DNA of 64,000 bases from assembly GCF_006345805.1 (NCBI RefSeq), contig NC_042999.1, positions 166,594,001-166,658,000 of the forward strand, written 5' to 3'. The notes beneath the pieces are model-generated. The model made no database searches, was not told the origin of the DNA, and worked only from the letters and a program-made list of their open reading frames with translations. The number at the start of each line of letters is the position of its first letter. The stretch's first letter is position 1. The position numbers were made by a program, and so were the translations under genes. The stretch comes from Octopus sinensis. Taxonomy: Eukaryota. Below are positions 62,046-64,000 of this stretch, in pieces.

Positions 62046-62804
62046 TTTCAAAACAATCAAATCAATTACACATGTCAAATAAACTTTATTTTCATTTACA
62101 TATTTTCTACATTATCTCAACAACCAGCTATAGTTATTTCAAATACACTTCTCTACAATGATCAGGTATCATTACAGAATGAAAATAATTTCTCACTTTC
62201 AATTTCAACCAAAATTACAAAGTGTTGCATTACGAGAGTGACGATGTGAAGGTAATGTTTCTCTGAATTAATCGCATGTGTATTATAATAAAGAAAGCTG
62301 CTTATTATCTATCTACCAAATGAACTATGTTTTTGACTCAACAATTCTTTTTTACAACTAAAATAACCTTGCCAACTAGGTTGGGTCGCACAATTTTGAG
62401 TTCATTTCCAGACAGTATTTTGATTTGCTTCTAATGTATCATTTTCGTTCAATGTTTTACACATGCATAGAATTCTATTCAGACAAACATTTATAAAAAT
62501 GTACGCATAAATATTGTATTAAAATAAGCCACAAACAAAAAAATTTGCATTAAAATACATCAGTTTTTTTAAAAAAAGATGTATGCATGTGTATTTATAG
62601 GTAAAGGTCAAGAATATGCACTCCTGGTGTTTACAGTTAGGGTTACGCCAAAAACAGGTGGTGTGTGTATTCTTTACCTCTGCCTATTTATGTATGTGTA
62701 TATGAAAGATAATGTGTGAGTGTGTGAGAGAGAGAGATAGAGTGAGTGAGTGCCACTTGCACATACATGCAAAAAAATTTCATACATCACAACACACACC
62801 TTCA

Positions 62805-62849
<45 letters not shown>

Positions 62850-63066
62850 GTGCGTCCATTACACATACATCTTACACTTTCTCCTCTCACTTCAAAGCAA
62901 ATGTCACCTTTTCATTTTATCCTCTCTTTCAATTTCTGCTCTCTTCAAAGCATACAGAAATTAAACCAATTTTATGGAAATTAACAAACAATCATATGAT
63001 CTCATATATGTTGAGTTGACAACTTTGCTTCTTCAAATGAAAGAATGCCATAAAACAGCTTCCTTT

Positions 63067-63104
<38 letters not shown>

Positions 63105-63471
63105 AGGTAAAACTTCTGTGCAAATTATGTTAATTCTTGCAGTGTGCACGTGCAAATTTGTAGCTCCAACCCAATTGAAATGATCTTTTTACTATTGTGT
63201 AATTTATGTTTGTGATGAGTGTATTTAAAAATCTGATCTTCAATATAAATTTAAAAGGAAGTTTTCCCAGAAATTCTGTCCTTTACCTCTTCTTTCTATC
63301 ATCTCCCTTCGCCCTTCACTATCAAAAGAATAACTTCCATTATTTCATCAACTATACATCAGCTATGCCGATTCTGCCCATAAGAAAGGAGCAAATCATA
63401 CAATGTGCTTGTAGGTCATAACACATGGGTAACACTGGTATGCATTGCTAGTATAGTCTATTTGTGCTCAG

Positions 63472-63850
63472 GAGGCGCAATGGCCCAGTGGTTAGGGCAG
63501 CGGACTCGCGGTCGTAGGATTGTGGTTTCGATTCCCAGACCGGCTGTTGTGAGTGTTTATTGAGCGAAAACACCTAAAGTTCGACGAGGCTCCGGCAGGG
63601 ATGGTGGTGATCCCTGCTGTACTCTTTCACCACAACTTTCTCTCACTCTTACTTCCTGTTTCTGTTGTACCTGTATTTCAAAGGGCCGGCCTTGTCACTC
63701 TGTGTCACGCTGAATATCCCCGAGAACTACGTTAAGGGTACACGTGTCTGTGGAGTGCTCAGCCACTTACACATTAATTTCACGAGCAGGCTGTTCCGTT
63801 GATTCAGATCAACCGGAACCCTCGTCGTCATAACTGACGGAGTGCTTCCA
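63472..63850 (+). mobile_element. tRNA-derived SINE family C with a 56-bp TSD
   Basis: A box tggcccagtggttagg, B box ggtttcgattccc; flanked by direct repeats 63416-63471 and 63851-63906. Confidence 0.85.
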
Positions 63851-63972
63851 TCATAACACATGGGTAACACTGGTATGCATTGTTAGTATAGTCTATTTGT
63901 GCTCAGTTTAACATCATAAGCAGTTTTATTTAAAGTGTTATGACTCTTAGAAGTATTTTGTTTTATGTATAA

Positions 63973-64000
63973 CTAGCAGTATCGCCCGGTGTTGCTCGGG
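63973..64000 (-). mobile_element. Helitron 3' end, same family, cut by the window edge
   Basis: ctagcagtatcgcccggtgttgctcggg. Confidence 0.8.

Noticed and set aside
63472-63545. tRNA gene, and similar tRNA-like heads in other SINEs
   Set aside because: A and B boxes are present but there is no closed cloverleaf, and the sequence continues into SINE body within a TSD.

Overview
AT-rich, repeat-dense animal genomic DNA. The SINE/RTE/Helitron repertoire suggests an octopus (inference from repeat families, not from a database search). One host gene is supported: a plus-strand CCDC60-like ciliary gene. Its first coding exon starts at ATG 20245 and nine phase-consistent exons run to 46989. Further small candidate exons reach 59210, and the C-terminus lies beyond the window. 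Almost everything else is transposon-derived: about 12 copies of a tRNA/CORE-type SINE, a second tRNA-derived SINE family, 5'-truncated RTE LINEs, two decayed Gypsy elements and a solo LTR, Helitrons, Tc1/mariner, hAT and piggyBac remnants and MITEs, and long-arm foldback elements. The most interesting observations are: (1) a tandem pair of minimal, Penelope-type hammerhead ribozyme motifs at 1994-2031 and 2375-2412; (2) a GGATC-ended foldback family with 8-bp TSDs and inward telomere-like repeats, one copy holding a SINE-derived inner palindrome; (3) a possible stop-containing cassette exon and GC-AG donors in the CCDC60-like gene; (4) a 63-bp VNTR grown inside an RTE 3' UTR; (5) a SINE with a 56-bp target-site duplication. 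Most ORFs in the supplied track are microsatellite or SINE artefacts. Protein similarities were judged from memory, and repeat boundaries are approximate unless a TSD is given.
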